From: Octopus bimaculoides
Taxonomy: Eukaryota
Direction: 5' to 3'
DNA: 64,000 nucleotides
Assembly: GCF_001194135.2 (NCBI RefSeq)
Contig: NC_068987.1
Location: forward strand, 3,646,425-3,710,424
Positions 33,856-47,840 of this stretch are shown piece after piece (the first letter of the stretch is position 1; every line of letters starts with the position of its first letter). The notes under the pieces were generated by a model. That model made no database searches. It saw only the letters and a program-made list of their open reading frames with translations, and had not been told where the DNA came from. The position numbers and the translations under genes were made by a program.

Positions 33856-36800
33856 GACTATCTATCTATCTATTTGTCTATCTATCCACATACACGCACG
33901 CACACACACGCACGTGTATAAATTTTCATTTACATTCCTTTATATATATTTTTTATCAATAAGTTTCTTTTGTAAATTTAATTTGTACTTTGTATCCCTC
34001 AATTTGATAAACTTAGAAAAACTAAATCCATCAACTAAAAATTTAAAACGATCAAAAAAAAAATTATTTGAAAAATAAAAATAAAATGTTGCGTTCTCAT
34101 CTGAATAAAAAAAGCTAAAAACACACTCCAAATTGTTTTCGTTGGAAAAATGCCCTGCCTTATAAGGGGGGGCATCTCTGAGAAGGTAAAGGTAAATATA
34201 ATTGTGTGATGGGAAAGGATATTTAATTATAAAAATGACAATATATAAACACAAGTGGGAGGAAGAGTAGAAGGTAATGTTATAATGATGGTAGCGTGGT
34301 TATAGCAACCAACACAAGTGTGTGTGTGGCTATGGAACGAGTCACATCATCCACCACTGTCCCACTCGATTACCGTCGTCGTCGTCACTTGATAGACAAC
34401 AACTTTTAAAACTCCATGTTCACTCCAACCAGGTGACGACGAATTGGATCGCCACTTTTACGCGGGTCAAACTCCATTCATTTGTTTATACAACAATGAA
34501 CCCCGGTTGCTCATTGCTATTCATTCCGAACTAGAAAGAAATTCGCTGAGATTTTTACTAACACACATCTACGTCAATGTCTTTTTTGTTTGGTCACCAG
34601 TTTTAAAGCTTGGACAACATCGACAGAATTTCATTGTAAGTATAAAAAAAGATTATATAAACTTTCTTTAGCGTTTCATGTCTTTATCTGTTTCCTAATG
34701 TTCATTATACGTTAAACTTTGAAAACTTTAATTTCTTATTTTTACACTAGTCGCGATTGATGACAGGCTGGCTCGTTGTTATTGATATAATTCTGTGTGA
34801 AAATAAGAAAATACTTCAATACATGGACATTTTTCACTTTTAAGTGTTACATATAACCAGCAAATTAAGTAGAGTTAAATTTAAAGTCGATAATGTTTAC
34901 TCTCCCACAAATAATTCCTGAAAGAAAAAGAAAAAAATTTATCGTTAGTCAGCATTAAGTTCAACGATGACATGTTTGACAACTTTTATTTATTTATATT
35001 TGGTTTAATTTTCACCTTCATACTCTTAAAGCGACTTCAATTTTCTTTTATGACATTTTTCTTTATTTAAACATAAAGAAATTGTCGAAAAACTATGTCG
35101 ATGATAGAAAAAAATCGTATTTGTCTCTGTGGTAAATTCACGATTCGGTCAGCAATTAGCGACTAATTAAGCAGCTGAAATTTAATGATTACTGCCTTAG
35201 TCCATTTCCTAAAATAGCCCATCCCGTGAATATTAATTTGTTTCTCAAAGAACCATATAAATGACAGCTAAAAACAATTTAATTTTATCGAGTAATTAAA
35301 CATGTTCACAGGTTGTAAATGCTTCTTAGAAAGCTTTAAATATTTTTGAAAAGAGAAAATTAAAAATGAAATCTCAAAACTTCATCAGTTTTTATAGATA
35401 ATAACTTGTAGATTGGATATGAATCTATTTAACGTCACGAGAAACTTTCTTAATAGACAAACACCTGATCCCAATAAATAAAGACATGGAATGTTTTGTT
35501 TTTTTTTGTAATTAACACTGTTGTATAACGGGAGGGGTGTGTGTAAAGTTTAAGTTATTCATTGAAAGTCGTAGAGTGTATTTCATGCAGAAATACTAGG
35601 CGACTGCGAAATTAAATATTCAGAAACTAATGTAATGTATTAATCGCCAGAGATTTAATATTTTTCCTAGTTCCATTCGGGTCACTTTTTTGATTGTCAG
35701 CTAATTTTTATTTTACTTTTTTTAGTTTCGCATTCAGTAATTACTAGAGGAAATATGGCTGACTTAATTAAGTCTCACGTGTGACCTGTTGCATTTTAAA
35801 GGCATACAAGCCGCTTTAAGTGAATTTACGATAAATCTTATGTTAAAGTTACTGATGAGCAAGGCTTGATATTGGTTTCAGGGTGTTTATCTTCGCTGTA
35901 GTCTATGTATTTTTAGTCTTAAATCGTACCATATTTGCTGTAGGCTTTCAATCACCATCTGGAACTGTTTAAAACTTCAGATAGCAAAGGAACGGCCAGA
36001 AAGGCACGTAGCTTCAGTGAAAGTATCTTTCTAGCCATCTGTACGATGAAATGCTGCTAGTGTCCTCTTGTCGTCGCTAATTGTTTTTTTTTTTCTCTTT
36101 CGCATGCATAAAAATAAATTAATTGTAAAGTTGGAAAAGTTTAAATGCAATTATGAGAAATCCAAACACTGGTTTCTAAGTTCATTGACTTATCCAAATT
36201 AATAGTTGTATGCAATGTTTATAAAATGCGATTAACATTCTTCGTTTTTACTCTGTATAGTTCTAAGTCCAGTAGTTTCGTCATGACCTGGTAGTCACCA
36301 CAGGAGCGCCCATGAACATAGGCGTCCCAACCGTGACCATCCTATCATTATACATATCGGAAATTACATTTTCTAGTATATCCTTTATTATTATTTTTTT
36401 TAATTATAGGTAGGACTCTAGTTTTTTTTTAAGGATATTTTTCTGATATTTTATTAAGATAACTCGGATTTAGCCAACCAATATCTAAAAGAAAAAGATA
36501 TCAGAGGAAAGGCGATCCTTGATATTCCGGCTACAAAAAAAAAAAAAAAATAGAGAAGTCGGAAAAACGTCAGAGACGATGTCTATGTAAGGCCTGACGA
36601 CGATTGAATTTGTTTTTCCTTTTTTTTTTAATTTTGTATAAGTGATGTAACCAGAAGTCTTGTATGTAAGTCCTCAAAAGGAATCTTCGCAGCTGGAGTA
36701 TGAAAGATTGCCGGTGGGAACTGGTGCAAGAAGTGGTGGGTGCGTCAGCAAAAATTTATACACCGAGATTCCTGAGTTTGGTTAAGCTTCATACTTTGGC

Positions 36801-38773
36801 GAGTAGCGTAATTGGACTTTGTTGGGGGTCTGTTTCTCTAATTGGAAAACATTTTGTTTACCATCGATATAATCCTAATTGATCTGATAAATAATTTTTA
36901 CTTCGTGCTTTGTTATTAACGTTCCCCACCTTTTTTGTTTTTTCTTATATGATAAAAATAGTAAATATAAAAGGGTGTAATCTGAGAGACGTGCATGCTA
37001 TTTTTAACGTGTTATACCATATAGAGACATGCTCGTAAATGGATAAGATCTTATCCATTGTATTTCAAATAGGACTTACAGGCTGCTTCAGCGAAGAAAT
37101 GTAAAAAGTCTAAACCTTATCAACAACTATTGTAAAATATCATTGTATATCGCTGTTCAATCAGAACTATATATTATCTTACACATATATGTAAAACGGT
37201 GGAAAATTAAAGACAAAATACAGGGTATGGGGGAATCTATTTTTATCCGTGGGTAACACATATTTGCAAACGAACAATTTTGAATGACTGGAATCTATTT
37301 TTAGATTCCTTAATTGACTTTCCTCACATTCACGCTTACTCCCCCTCCCCCTCTCTCTCTTTCTCTATATTGTCTTCAATAACCCGTTTTGAGGCACTTA
37401 GCCTATTATTTTTATTAATTATTATTGCCAATAGACAGTGATATAAAATAAACAAAACCTCTGGCGCTGGTGTGGCTGTGTGGTTAAGAAGCTTGCTTCT
37501 CAACCATGTGGTCTTGGGTTCAGTTCCACTGTGCAGCACCTTGGGCAAGTATCTCCGACTATAGCCCCGAGCCGAGAGGATTTGTTTGATGGAAACTAAA
37601 AGGGTAAAAGAGCCCATTTTATGTGTGTATCCCACTACCTCGTGACTTGTTTGAATATGTTTACTTTCCCGCAACTTAGCAGTTCGTTAATGGAAATTGA
37701 CAACTAAAACCTTTCAAGGCGGCACTCCAGCATGGTCGCACTCCAATGACTGAATCAAATAAAAGAGAAAGATACTGAAGTTCATGTAGGAACATTGATT
37801 GTAGTCCTTGAAACATTTCACAATGTTTCTTCGAACTTTGAGCCTCACAGAAGCAATGACTAGTAACCGAGACCTTTGGCGATATGCTGGGCTTGAGAAG
37901 ACCTGTCAAGCCAAGTGAAATTATAGTCATGGCTAATACTGTTGTCACATAACTGTCACCTGTGCTGGTGGTACGTAAAAAACACCTTTCAAGCATTGGG
38001 CTCCATGTAGGCAAAGTGGCCAATGCCAGTGGCATGTGAAAAGCTCCTTTCTAGTGTTGGGCCTCATGGAGGCAATGGCCAAGACCTTTGGCATTAGGTC
38101 ATGCTTGAGAAGACCCATCAAGCCAAGTATAATCGCAGTCATAGCAAATACTGGCCATTGGCATGTAAAAACACCCATTACACTCTCAGAGTGGTTGGCA
38201 TTAGGAAGAGCATCCAGCCATAGAAACCATGCCAAATCAGACTGGAGTCTGATGCAGCCTGCCAGCCCTGGTCAAACCATCCAACCCATGCCAGCATAGA
38301 CAATGGATAGTAAATGATGATGATGATGATGATTTGTCAAGTTAAAACTTCACCTGATATTCTGGAGTCTTANNNNNNNNNNNNNNNNNNNNNNNNNNNN
38401 NNNNNNNNNNNNNNNNNNNNNNNNNNNNNNNNNNNNNNNNNNNNNNNNNNNNNNNNNNNNNNNNNNNNNNNNNNNNNNNNNNNNNNNNNNNNNNNNNNNN
38501 NNNNNNNNNNNNNNNNNNNNNNNNNNNNNNNNNNNNNNNNNNNNNNNNNNNNNNNNNNNNNNNNNNNNNNNNNNNNNNNNNNNNNNNNNNNNNNNNNNNN
38601 NNNNNNNNNNNNNNNNNNNNNNNNNNNNNNNNNNNNNNNNNNNNNNNNNNNNNNTTTTTCTTCTTGGAGAATGGACTGAATATGAAGAGACTATCACATA
38701 TTCCATGAAATTTATCTTGAGGGAAAGCACTTGGTCAACCAACCTAAAAGACTGTTTTACAGCTGAAGATAAA

Positions 38774-39068
38774 TGTGTTAAAAAAAATATTAATTATGCT
38801 TTTTTGCATTTCTGGGATGGATTGTGTCACTTCTAATCTGGTCCCTTGGATCAAGGGTCATGCAGTTTACCCCCCAGGATTTCACAACCAGTTGGCAGGC
38901 ACTGAGGAAAGGCATTTTGATGGAGTGTATTGTTACTCCACTCCTATTGCAGAGATTATTTCTAACCCATTTCTCTTTTTTTACATAAAATATTTCAGGG
39001 AACCAGATTAGAAATTGCACATTTCATCTCAGAAATGCAAAAAAGCGTAATTAACAATTTTTATACAT
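38774..39068. mobile_element. MITE-like element with about 40-bp imperfect TIRs
   Basis: AAAAATATTAATTATGCTTTTTTGCATTTCTGGGATG pairs with CATCTCAGAAATGCAAAAAGCGTAATTAACAATTTTT. Confidence 0.5.
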
Positions 39069-39289
39069 AATTGTTTCAGTAACGATGTCATTATGTATAA
39101 AATTTACAGCTACTGATATAGGTCACTGAAGAATTAAAAAAAAAAATATTGGAAAGGCACCAATTTTGGAAAATGATTTTGTGGGGAGTGGTTGCTCCCC
39201 TGTTAGCTATGCTACTACCTCTTTGTAATAACCATAGAGTTTGTAACTGAAAGGTACAGTAAGCTACTTGGAAGCAATAAACACTACTC

Positions 39290-39965
39290 CATGTTCTTTT
39301 TGTGGATGATATTACCATCACCAGACTGGGAAAAGTATCAGGAGCATAGGAGATGGAGATCAGCCCAGAAAGGAATGAAATCTTGGTTACTAGTAACAAC
39401 CAAAACACAGTACCCAACATCATGCTGAACGGAGAGAGACTTGATGAAGTGGACACTTTCAAGTACTTAGGATTCACTTTGACCAAGGATGGCAGATGTT
39501 GAAATGAGATAACAGTTTAGTCTCTGCTGTCATCATGAAGCTGAACACTGTATGGAAAAGCAATTACATTAGCTTTCCAGCAAATCGCAGAGTGTACAAG
39601 TCCTTTGGTGACTTTGATCCTTCTGTATAGGTGTGAGAGCTGAAGGATCCAGGCATTTGAGCCCAAGTGCTTCAGAAGACTGCTACACATCTTGTACACA
39701 GAGCACAAAACAAACAGCTTTGTCAGGCAACAAGTCAACAAATATGCTGGCAAACCGGAACCATTCCTTGCATTGGTAAAAAGATGAAAGCTTGCCTGAT
39801 ACAGTCATGTATCCCTCCACACTTGCCTCTCCAAAACCATTCTTCTGGGCACAGTTTAGGGAGGGCAAAGAGAGGCAAACAGAGAAACACCTGGTTTGAC
39901 GATGTCAAGGACTGGACAGGTCACAACACAGCAAACTTGCGATGCACAATGGAGACCAGTGGCAA
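39290..39965 (+). mobile_element. Decayed RTE-type LINE, RT domain to C-terminus
   Basis: FVDDITI (YADD-like), LNGERLDEVDTFKYLG, YKSLVTLILLYRCES, KRGKQRNTWFDDVKDWTG across frameshifts and stops. Confidence 0.8.
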
Positions 39966-40386
39966 CAACTGAACTCCAAACGTGTCTTGAGTGGCACTCC
40001 AACAACTGGCTGCATTAGTTAAGGTTGTTGTTGATGATTATTGACATAATGGAGAAAAAAGAGAAACCAAGACTGTTAGCATAGTTGCATGGGGTTATAT
40101 AACAGCAATTATGGCTGCAGAACAAAACAAACAAACAAAATCAGTGTCTATAATACAGGAGCAGAGTAAGGAATTTTGTTTTGAAATTGGTCAGGGGTTG
40201 ATTACAGTGATCAGGAAGTTGAGAATTAAGAGTTTTAGCTTTTTCAACACAGTCCCTTTAATTGATATCAAAACTAGCATTGGCCCTGAGCCAAGTACAG
40301 CAGACTAACTGCTAATGATAGCCTCAGTGTGGCAGAGAAATTTAAGGTGCGGCATTACCAACTTGCAACTGTTGCCAAGGCTTTAA

Positions 40387-40598
40387 CCCTTTCGTTAACA
40401 ACCCAGCTGAAACTGCCTCTGGTTCTGTAGTACAAATGTCTTGTTTTCAAAGTTCTGAATTAAAATCTTCCACCAAACCTTAGTCACAATTTATGTTCTT
40501 AACATAATAACTAAGTTATTTTACTAAATTCTTTGTTATATTTAAAATTAATTGAAAGAAACACAGAGCATCTCAAAATAAATACAGCAATGAAAGGG
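40387..40598. mobile_element. piggyBac-type MITE
   Basis: TTAA-CCCTTTC ... GAAAGGG-TTAA; a related partial copy lies in reverse at about 43590-43660. Confidence 0.7.
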
Positions 40599-41520
40599 TT
40601 AATGGCCACAACACATGTATGAAATATGAAGAAGGGTAAAGTGTGCTAACAAGTAATTACAAGAGAGGTTGGCTCTGTTGATTTACTTTTATGTTTAGTG
40701 GGATGTGTAGCACATCTGCCAAACCTTGGCTGTCTTTGGTATCTTTGGTGGTGGAGTTTAAAGCAACAAAGTCCTGTAGCAGAAAGGAAATGGAGGGTGA
40801 GCAAAGCTGTTGAGGTGGCACAGTCCACCTTGAATTAAAGAAAGTGATGGGTGCAGTGCAAAAGGCATTGGTTAGATACAAAAGAAATGGATATCTCACC
40901 AGGATAACAAAAGCAAGAAAAATATTCTTTTCTACTCTAGGCACAAGGCCCCACATTTTTTGGGATGGGGCAGTCAATTAGATCAACCCCAGTATGCAAC
41001 TGGTACTTAATTTAACGAGGCTTCTGGAAAGTGCAGTTGGATTGGAAGGAATTGCTCATATTCCCAAGCCATGTTGCAATAATAAAGTGGCACTGTGACC
41101 TTATGGCATGGTCAGATCTGATTCAGAAAATAAATTGTTCTGATTGTTGAACTGAAAGCAATATGGAGTGGACACATGAAGGGAAAGGTTAGAAATGTGC
41201 AAGATTCAGGAATTCTATGAGGGATAAGGATTGCAGTGTATAGTGCTTCCAGTAGTGATGGGAGGTCATCGATTTAAAGCTAGTTCCATTATGTCTCTCC
41301 TGGTTGGTACTGGTTCAGAACAGTGATTTGTGAACTGGAGACAAAAGCAGAAAATGCTTCATCATGGATATGGCAGATCTATGTGAGATAAAGGTCAGTG
41401 CTGAGAGCAAAAGATAAATGGTCAGTGAATAGTAAAATGAGAGATAATTACTGCATAGAGGGAGTGGTTTGGTGTGGAGAGTAGAGGGATAATGGCGAAG
41501 AGAAGTTTTACAGTGTGGGC

Positions 41521-42420
41521 CAATGACTTGGGCCTTCCCTGGTAGTCAATGACTTGGGCCTTCCCTGGTAGTCAATGCTACTTGGGCCTTCCCTGGTAGT
41601 CAATGACTTGGGCCTTCCCTGGTAGTCAATGACTTGGGCCTTCCCTGGTAGTCAATGCTACTTGGTNNNNNNNNNNNNNNNNNNNNNNNNNNNNNNNNNN
41701 NNNNNNNNNNNNNNNNNNNNNNNNNNNNNNNNNNNNNNNNNNNNNNNNNNNNNNNNNNNNNNNNNNNNNNNNNNNNNNNNNNNNNNNNNNNNNNNNNNNN
41801 NNNNNNNNNNNNNNNNNNNNNNNNNNNNNNNNNNNNNNNNNNNNNNNNNNNNNNNNNNNNNNNNNNNNNNNNNNNNNNNNNNNNNNNNNNNNNNNNNNNN
41901 NNNNNNNNNNNNNNNNNNNNNNNNNNNNNNNNNNNNNNNNNNNNNNNNNNNNNNNNNNNNNNNNNNNNNNNNNNNNNNNNNNNNNNNNNNNNNNNNNNNN
42001 NNNNNNNNNNNNNNNNNNNNNNNNNNNNNNNNNNNNNNNNNNNNNNNNNNNNNNNNNNNNNNNNNNNNNNNNNNNNNNNNNNNNNNNNNNNNNNNNNNNN
42101 NNNNNNNNNNNNNNNNNNNNNNNNNNNNNNNNNNNNNNNNNNNNNNNNNNNNNNNNNNNNNNNNNNNNNNNNNNNNNNNNNNNNNNNNNNNNNNNNNNNN
42201 NNNNNNNNNNNNNNNNNNNNNNNNNNNNNNNNNNNNNNNNNNNNNNNNNNNNNNNNNNNNNNNNNNNNNNNNNNNNNNNNNNNNNNNNNNNNNNNNNNNN
42301 NNNNNNNACTTGGGCCTTCCCTGGTAGTCAATGACTTGGGCCTTCCCTGGTAGTCAATGACTTGGGCCTTCCCTGGTAGTCAATGACTTGGGCCTTCCCT
42401 GGTAGTCAATGCTACTTGGT
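41521..42420. repeat. 26-bp minisatellite (CAATGACTTGGGCCTTCCCTGGTAGT)n with a 28-bp variant, spanning an N gap
   Basis: Left of the gap the units run 26, 26, 28, 26, 26, partial; right of the gap about 4 units; no spacers. Confidence 0.95.
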
Positions 42421-44869
42421 ACTGCTGAAGGGAGTGATGCCCTTGCTATGTGCTAAAACTGCCATGACCTCCATATGACATTTTATATATATATATATAG
42501 ATAGATATGTCTACCTTATATAATTGTAATTTGAAGTATGCACTGATGCCTGATCACCATCTTCTCTCCTTTAATAAAGAGGATGGTCATGTATGTCCTC
42601 TTCTGCAAGACTTCAAGAATCTTGCAAACCAAATACAAAACCGGAAAACCTCTGCCACCAGCTTTGTTGAATCTTCCTTTCCCCCCTTTTCTCAGATGTT
42701 TCTGTGAGCTTCACTCCTTTGGTAAAAGCTTCCACAATAGATTCTGGTTTTACCTTACATCCCAACACTGTTCATATGAGGTTACTACTGTATGTGCACA
42801 CGTATGTTTGTGTGTGTGTGAGAGGGAGTGAATATTTATAAAATTATGCTGAACTGACTTCACTGTTTTGTGGTTCTACTACAAATGATGACGTCATTGT
42901 TTGTGTTTGGGGTGCTTCCAGTGAAGTTTGTTGGCATTTCCTGTCAACAAGTCATCTGTTAGCTCGACACTTTTGGATTCCTGTGGAATAAAAGAAATCT
43001 CTTATTTGATAAACAGGGAAGGGTTGGCAGCAGGAAGTGGATCCCACTGTAAAAATCCATCCTCAATTCAGCTCTCTTCTGAGCTTTGTTAGCATAAGAA
43101 AACAAATCGTCATTGAAATGAACACACGCACACACACATCTATGTACATACATACATACATTTCAACCTTGTTAATTTACATACATCCTTTCTACAGCTG
43201 GATGCCCTTCCTAACGCCAACCCTTTTACAGTGTATACTGGGTGCTTTCAACCACTTCTATGTTAAACATATACATACACATATACACATGCATTCATAC
43301 ATCTTCATATGCACACATCTAGTCCTTTAATTCACACACATATACACATGGTTACACCTACAAGCACACACTTTCTCACATATAAAACACTCTCCTACAG
43401 AAATAGACACTATTTATATACTGTGGTCACATGATTGTTTCCCCCATGCTATGGAAAATTGTTGTAGAAGATGCTACATTCAAAGTAACACATCTAGACT
43501 AATCAAAAAAGATGAAGTGTTTAACTTCCTTAAATGTTTACTGACCTCAGCTTGATGCTGATCTAACTCAGTTCACTGAAAATTGTGTCCAGTTTATAAA
43601 AACAACACATTTGTACTCAGTCAGATTCGGTTTCAGTCGGGTTGGTAACAAAAGGGTTAAATGGCTATGGAGGTCCATTAGAGTAAATAAGAACAAAAGG
43701 GGTCCACAGACAGAAAATAGTTGAGAACCACCTGTCCGACCAATCCTCTTTCTAGTCCAGTGACCTCACCGTGTGGTCTCATTCTTATCAATTCTGTTCT
43801 TGACTTCCTATAAATACATGTCTCGTTTAGGTCCAATCAACCTGTGACTGCTTATTCTTTATTGTTTAATATATATAATCGATGTAATCAACTTAATCCC
43901 TTTGTCTGTCCTTGTTTGTCCCTCTATGTTTAGCCACTTGTGAGCAATAAAGAAATAAATATATGTAGGTTTCCTAAATTCTGCTATTCCAGTGTCTTCT
44001 CTTTGTATCCTGGGCGTGACACAATTACATCAACCATGAATTCAATAGACACTTAATTACAGCACAAATAGTGCAAGTATACGTGTGTGTGTGTGCGTGT
44101 ACATAGGCACCTTCTGGTTCATATATATAAAGTCATACACATAAACATTTATGCACCTATATATATATGTACACACACATACTTGGATCCACCTATATGT
44201 ATCAAGAGAGTTGTGCATATATTCTGTAATATTCCCAGCAATTATACACACATAAGAAAATAGATATACGAGCACACATGCAATGCAGACACCCACCCAC
44301 ACAGGCTTACGCATATGCACACACACACACACACACCTGACAGGGCAACAAATACTAAAATATTACTCATACATAGGTGCAGAGAGGGCTGTGTGTTGAT
44401 TGGTTGTTTTATTTCTTTATTCAGTTTTTTTTTTTCTTTTGTAAAGGAATGACACCAGTGAACATGTGAAAAAGACAGAAAAAACTTTCATTCTTAGGAA
44501 TTATATTTGTCTGAACTATATACAATGACATCCAAAAAATATACAGGGAAAAATTATATAAACATTTATATACATTGCATTGTATATCCACATGAGGTAT
44601 TATGGTCACCGCATGTGTAGGTGTGTGTGTATGAGTATGTAAAGTTATTATTGTAGTTGTGTGTGTGTGTCTTTTTTTGTTCCAGTCACTAGACTGTGGC
44701 CATGCTGGGACACTGCTTTGAAGAATTTTAGTCGAATGATCCATAGCCATTGCTTTTTTTTATTTATTTTAAGCCTTCTGCTATAGCCTCGGCCCGGCCA
44801 AAGCCTTGTGAGTGGATTTGGTAGACGGAAACTGAAAGCATGGACAGTGGATATTAAATGATGATGATG

Positions 44870-44982
<113 letters not shown>

Positions 44983-46430
44983 CCCCCACACACACACACA
45001 CACCTCATCTGTTTTCCATGCTGATATATGTATATATAGACATATATATTTACATATTGCTGGTTCCTCTGTTGGGTCAGAAGGGGGCAGACCTTTTCAT
45101 CCCAAGCCATCTCCTTGTTCATTACCCTTTATTACATCACTTCCATCCCTCTTTCTTGTCATCAACAGTAAGGGCGAGTGTATCACCATCATTTCTCTTT
45201 GGTAACACCTTGGTTTCCTCAAGCTTCTAATTTGGAACACCTCACACCTCCATTTCTTATATCATAGAACATGTGCAAGTCTCTGCTTTTTCCATTTCAG
45301 ATTCCCTAAGTCTATCTCATGACTTTTATAGCTCTGTCTACCATTTTATTCTACCATGTCATCGCTTTGATCAGTAATTCTCAGCCAATGATCTCATCTG
45401 AACTCCCTGTTGTATCTATCTCTTATCTATTGTCATTTGCATCAGCTAGAATTCCTCTAAACTTCTAACCAACTGTGGATTCTTTTAGCTTCTGTCTCTT
45501 CCTTCCACAGGTGGTCTTCTGTTTCTGTGCCTACCTAGCTCTAATTCTCACGTCACTTACCACTAATTGTGCATTCTTCACTAGGAAAGGGATTAGAATT
45601 TACAATAGTCTGCCTGTCTTGTTCCCTAATGAGAATGATTATCTATTTGATTTGTGTTTGCTAGATTGGTAGGTGACAAAGTGGTTCACTGGATTATTGA
45701 ATTGTGTTTGGTGCAGTTAGATGAAGTTGCATCACAGAATTCCAGGAATCTTAAGACCAATTTTGAACATTGGTTTCCTTTGTTGAGTTATCTAGGTTCC
45801 TACATTCTAGAAAGTTATCACTTCTTTCAGATTGTACCCTTCTCAGGTAATAATTGCTTTTAGATTAAGAGAGAGGACCTTCAAGTGTACCATTTATAGT
45901 AACAGTTGTTGATCTTCTTTGATTGGCTCCAATAGCAATGCAATACCAACTGCAAAATCTGTTCTTTTGGTATGATGTCTTGGTCATTTCCTTTCCGTGT
46001 ATGTTAATCCAGTGGATTGGTCAGCTCTAGTTAGCAATTCTCATGTAATGACAACAATATGGAGATCAAATCTAAATTGAGGCCTGAAACTTAAATTCTT
46101 CAGAGCAACAATAGAGAATCTAACAAAAGCCAGTTGAACATTGCCTACATACACAGAGGGTATGTTAATAATGATGACTTGTATGAGATGAGAACTAATT
46201 GACTGAATTTGATTATAACTTCAATTAGCAATTATTTTAATGATGAAGTGAGTCAATGTATTCAGTTAATTTATGATATAAATTTATTTACATAATAGAC
46301 TATATAAATAACTTATATAATTTATATAAATAATTCTATAATGAATATATTAAATGTTTCACTGTATGAACAGATGTGTTGACATCCCATTGAGTTTTTT
46401 TTTCTTTTTTTTTTTTCTTTTTTTTTGTAG

Positions 46431-46503
46431 GAAGTTTTCTGTTATCAGGAAAAGGTTATGCTCGAAAGCTGAATTACTAAATGTGTTGATATAAAAACAA
46501 ACC
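46431..46503 (+). other. Spliced 5'-UTR portion of the MICAL-like ATG exon, containing two minimal uORFs
   Basis: Long polypyrimidine tract plus TAG at 46396-46430; ATGCTCGAAAGCTGA at 46458-46472 and ATGTGTTGA at 46481-46489. Confidence 0.7.
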
Positions 46504-46652
46504 ATGTCTCAGGCCAAGCTACGTGCATTGCAACAGTGGTGTAAGAACAGGTGTGAAGGCTATCGTGATGTTAAAATTACAAACATGACAACTTCATGGA
46601 GAGATGGACTGGCATTCTGTGCACTTATTCATCGTTTTCGACCAGATTTAAT
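46504..46652 (+). CDS. MICALL2: MICAL-like protein, coding exon 1: [49 protein letters not shown](I), CH domain N-half
   Basis: aaaccATG start; donor AT|GTAAGT; type-2 CH signature [16 protein letters not shown] domain at the extreme N-terminus followed by LIM indicates the MICAL-like family (co-orthologue of MICALL1/2). The exon acceptor at 46430/46431 implies an upstream non-coding exon. Confidence 0.93.
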
Positions 46653-47664
46653 GTAAGTGTTTTCGACTTTGATTATATTATTTTCAACTTTCTAACTACA
46701 ACTTTTACTGCTCTGGCAATTTTACTTGCATTTATACTTTTGCCTACTAAACTCAATTGGTACCATCATTTTCTTCTGAACCAACAGTCTAATCTTGTTA
46801 TAAATTATGCATTTTTAAAATTCTTTTAGCCAGTGTGTGTGTGTGTATGTATGTGAGTGTGTGTGTGTCTTCAGTTTTATTTCAAGATTTCTTGCCAATA
46901 GAGAAAGAACTGGTTTCTAACCTGGATCCAGGGCTCCTTCATTGGAATTTCAACCTCAACAACTGGGTATTTTTGTATGTATGTATACTTGCCGACTTGT
47001 ATGTTTTGTTTTATGTATGTATTCTTATGCATATAGTTGTATATCGAGACATGCACATGAATGTATGTATGTATGTAATGTTCTGGTGTAAAAGCACTTG
47101 GCTGAAGGGTTAAGGGATTCGGCTCAAAATCATAAGGTCACGAGTTTGATTCCTAGTGGCACATTGTATCCTTTCTTTCAATTTATTTCACATCGCTCCT
47201 GTCCACTCAGCTGGCCAGAATGAGGAGTAATAACTCAAAGGGAGTCGATGTAATTGACTTACCCCCACTCTCTGAAATTGTTGGCTTTGTTCCCAAATTT
47301 GAAACCAATATATTAAAAATGGTTTAATAAAACAGCAGCAGCAGTAGATAAGGTCTGTGATTATTTCACCTTGAGCCAGGTGATTTCTGCAATACTGAAC
47401 ACTTCATTAAGTAATTAAACAGAGTTGGCAAAATGTCCGGCCTTTTTGCCTGTTGCTTGCCTCAGATGCATGGTTTGCATTTATTTCTTTGTTATGGTTT
47501 TATTCAATGTGCTGAAATACAAGGGTTTTATTAGATTCATCATTTTTAGCAGTGTATCATTTCTTTAGAAAGATATTTCATAACCAGTGGAGCTGCAAAA
47601 TGGACAATGGTTGCAAAAAATTCACACATTCCACTAACTGATCTCTTGTGGAGATCATCTTCTT

Positions 47665-47840
47665 TCATCATCATCAGACACCTATTTTCCATGCTGGCAT
47701 GGGTTGGATGATTTGATGGGAGTTGGTAAAGCCGGGGCCCTTCCAGGCTCCATTGTCTATTTTGGCCTGGTTTCTATGGCTGGATACCCTTCCTGGTGCC
47801 AACCACTTTACAGAGCGTACTGGGTGCTTTTTATGCGGGT
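47665..47840 (-). mobile_element. SINE/LINE-tail family C ending in (GAT)n (others at about 1335-1600, 4555-4690, 5225-5360, 6150-6320, 12580-12690, 19960-20160, 21955-22135, 30410-30620, 37880-38335, 49400-49810, 53600-53910, 55530-55725)
   Basis: Shared GGCATTAGGAAGGGCATCCAGC ... CCAACCCATGCCAGCATGGAAAACGGACGTTAAACGATGATGAT. Confidence 0.8.

Noticed and set aside
41521-42420. CRISPR-like array of 26-bp repeats
   Set aside because: The units are contiguous with no unique spacers, there are no cas genes, and the context is eukaryotic; it is a minisatellite.
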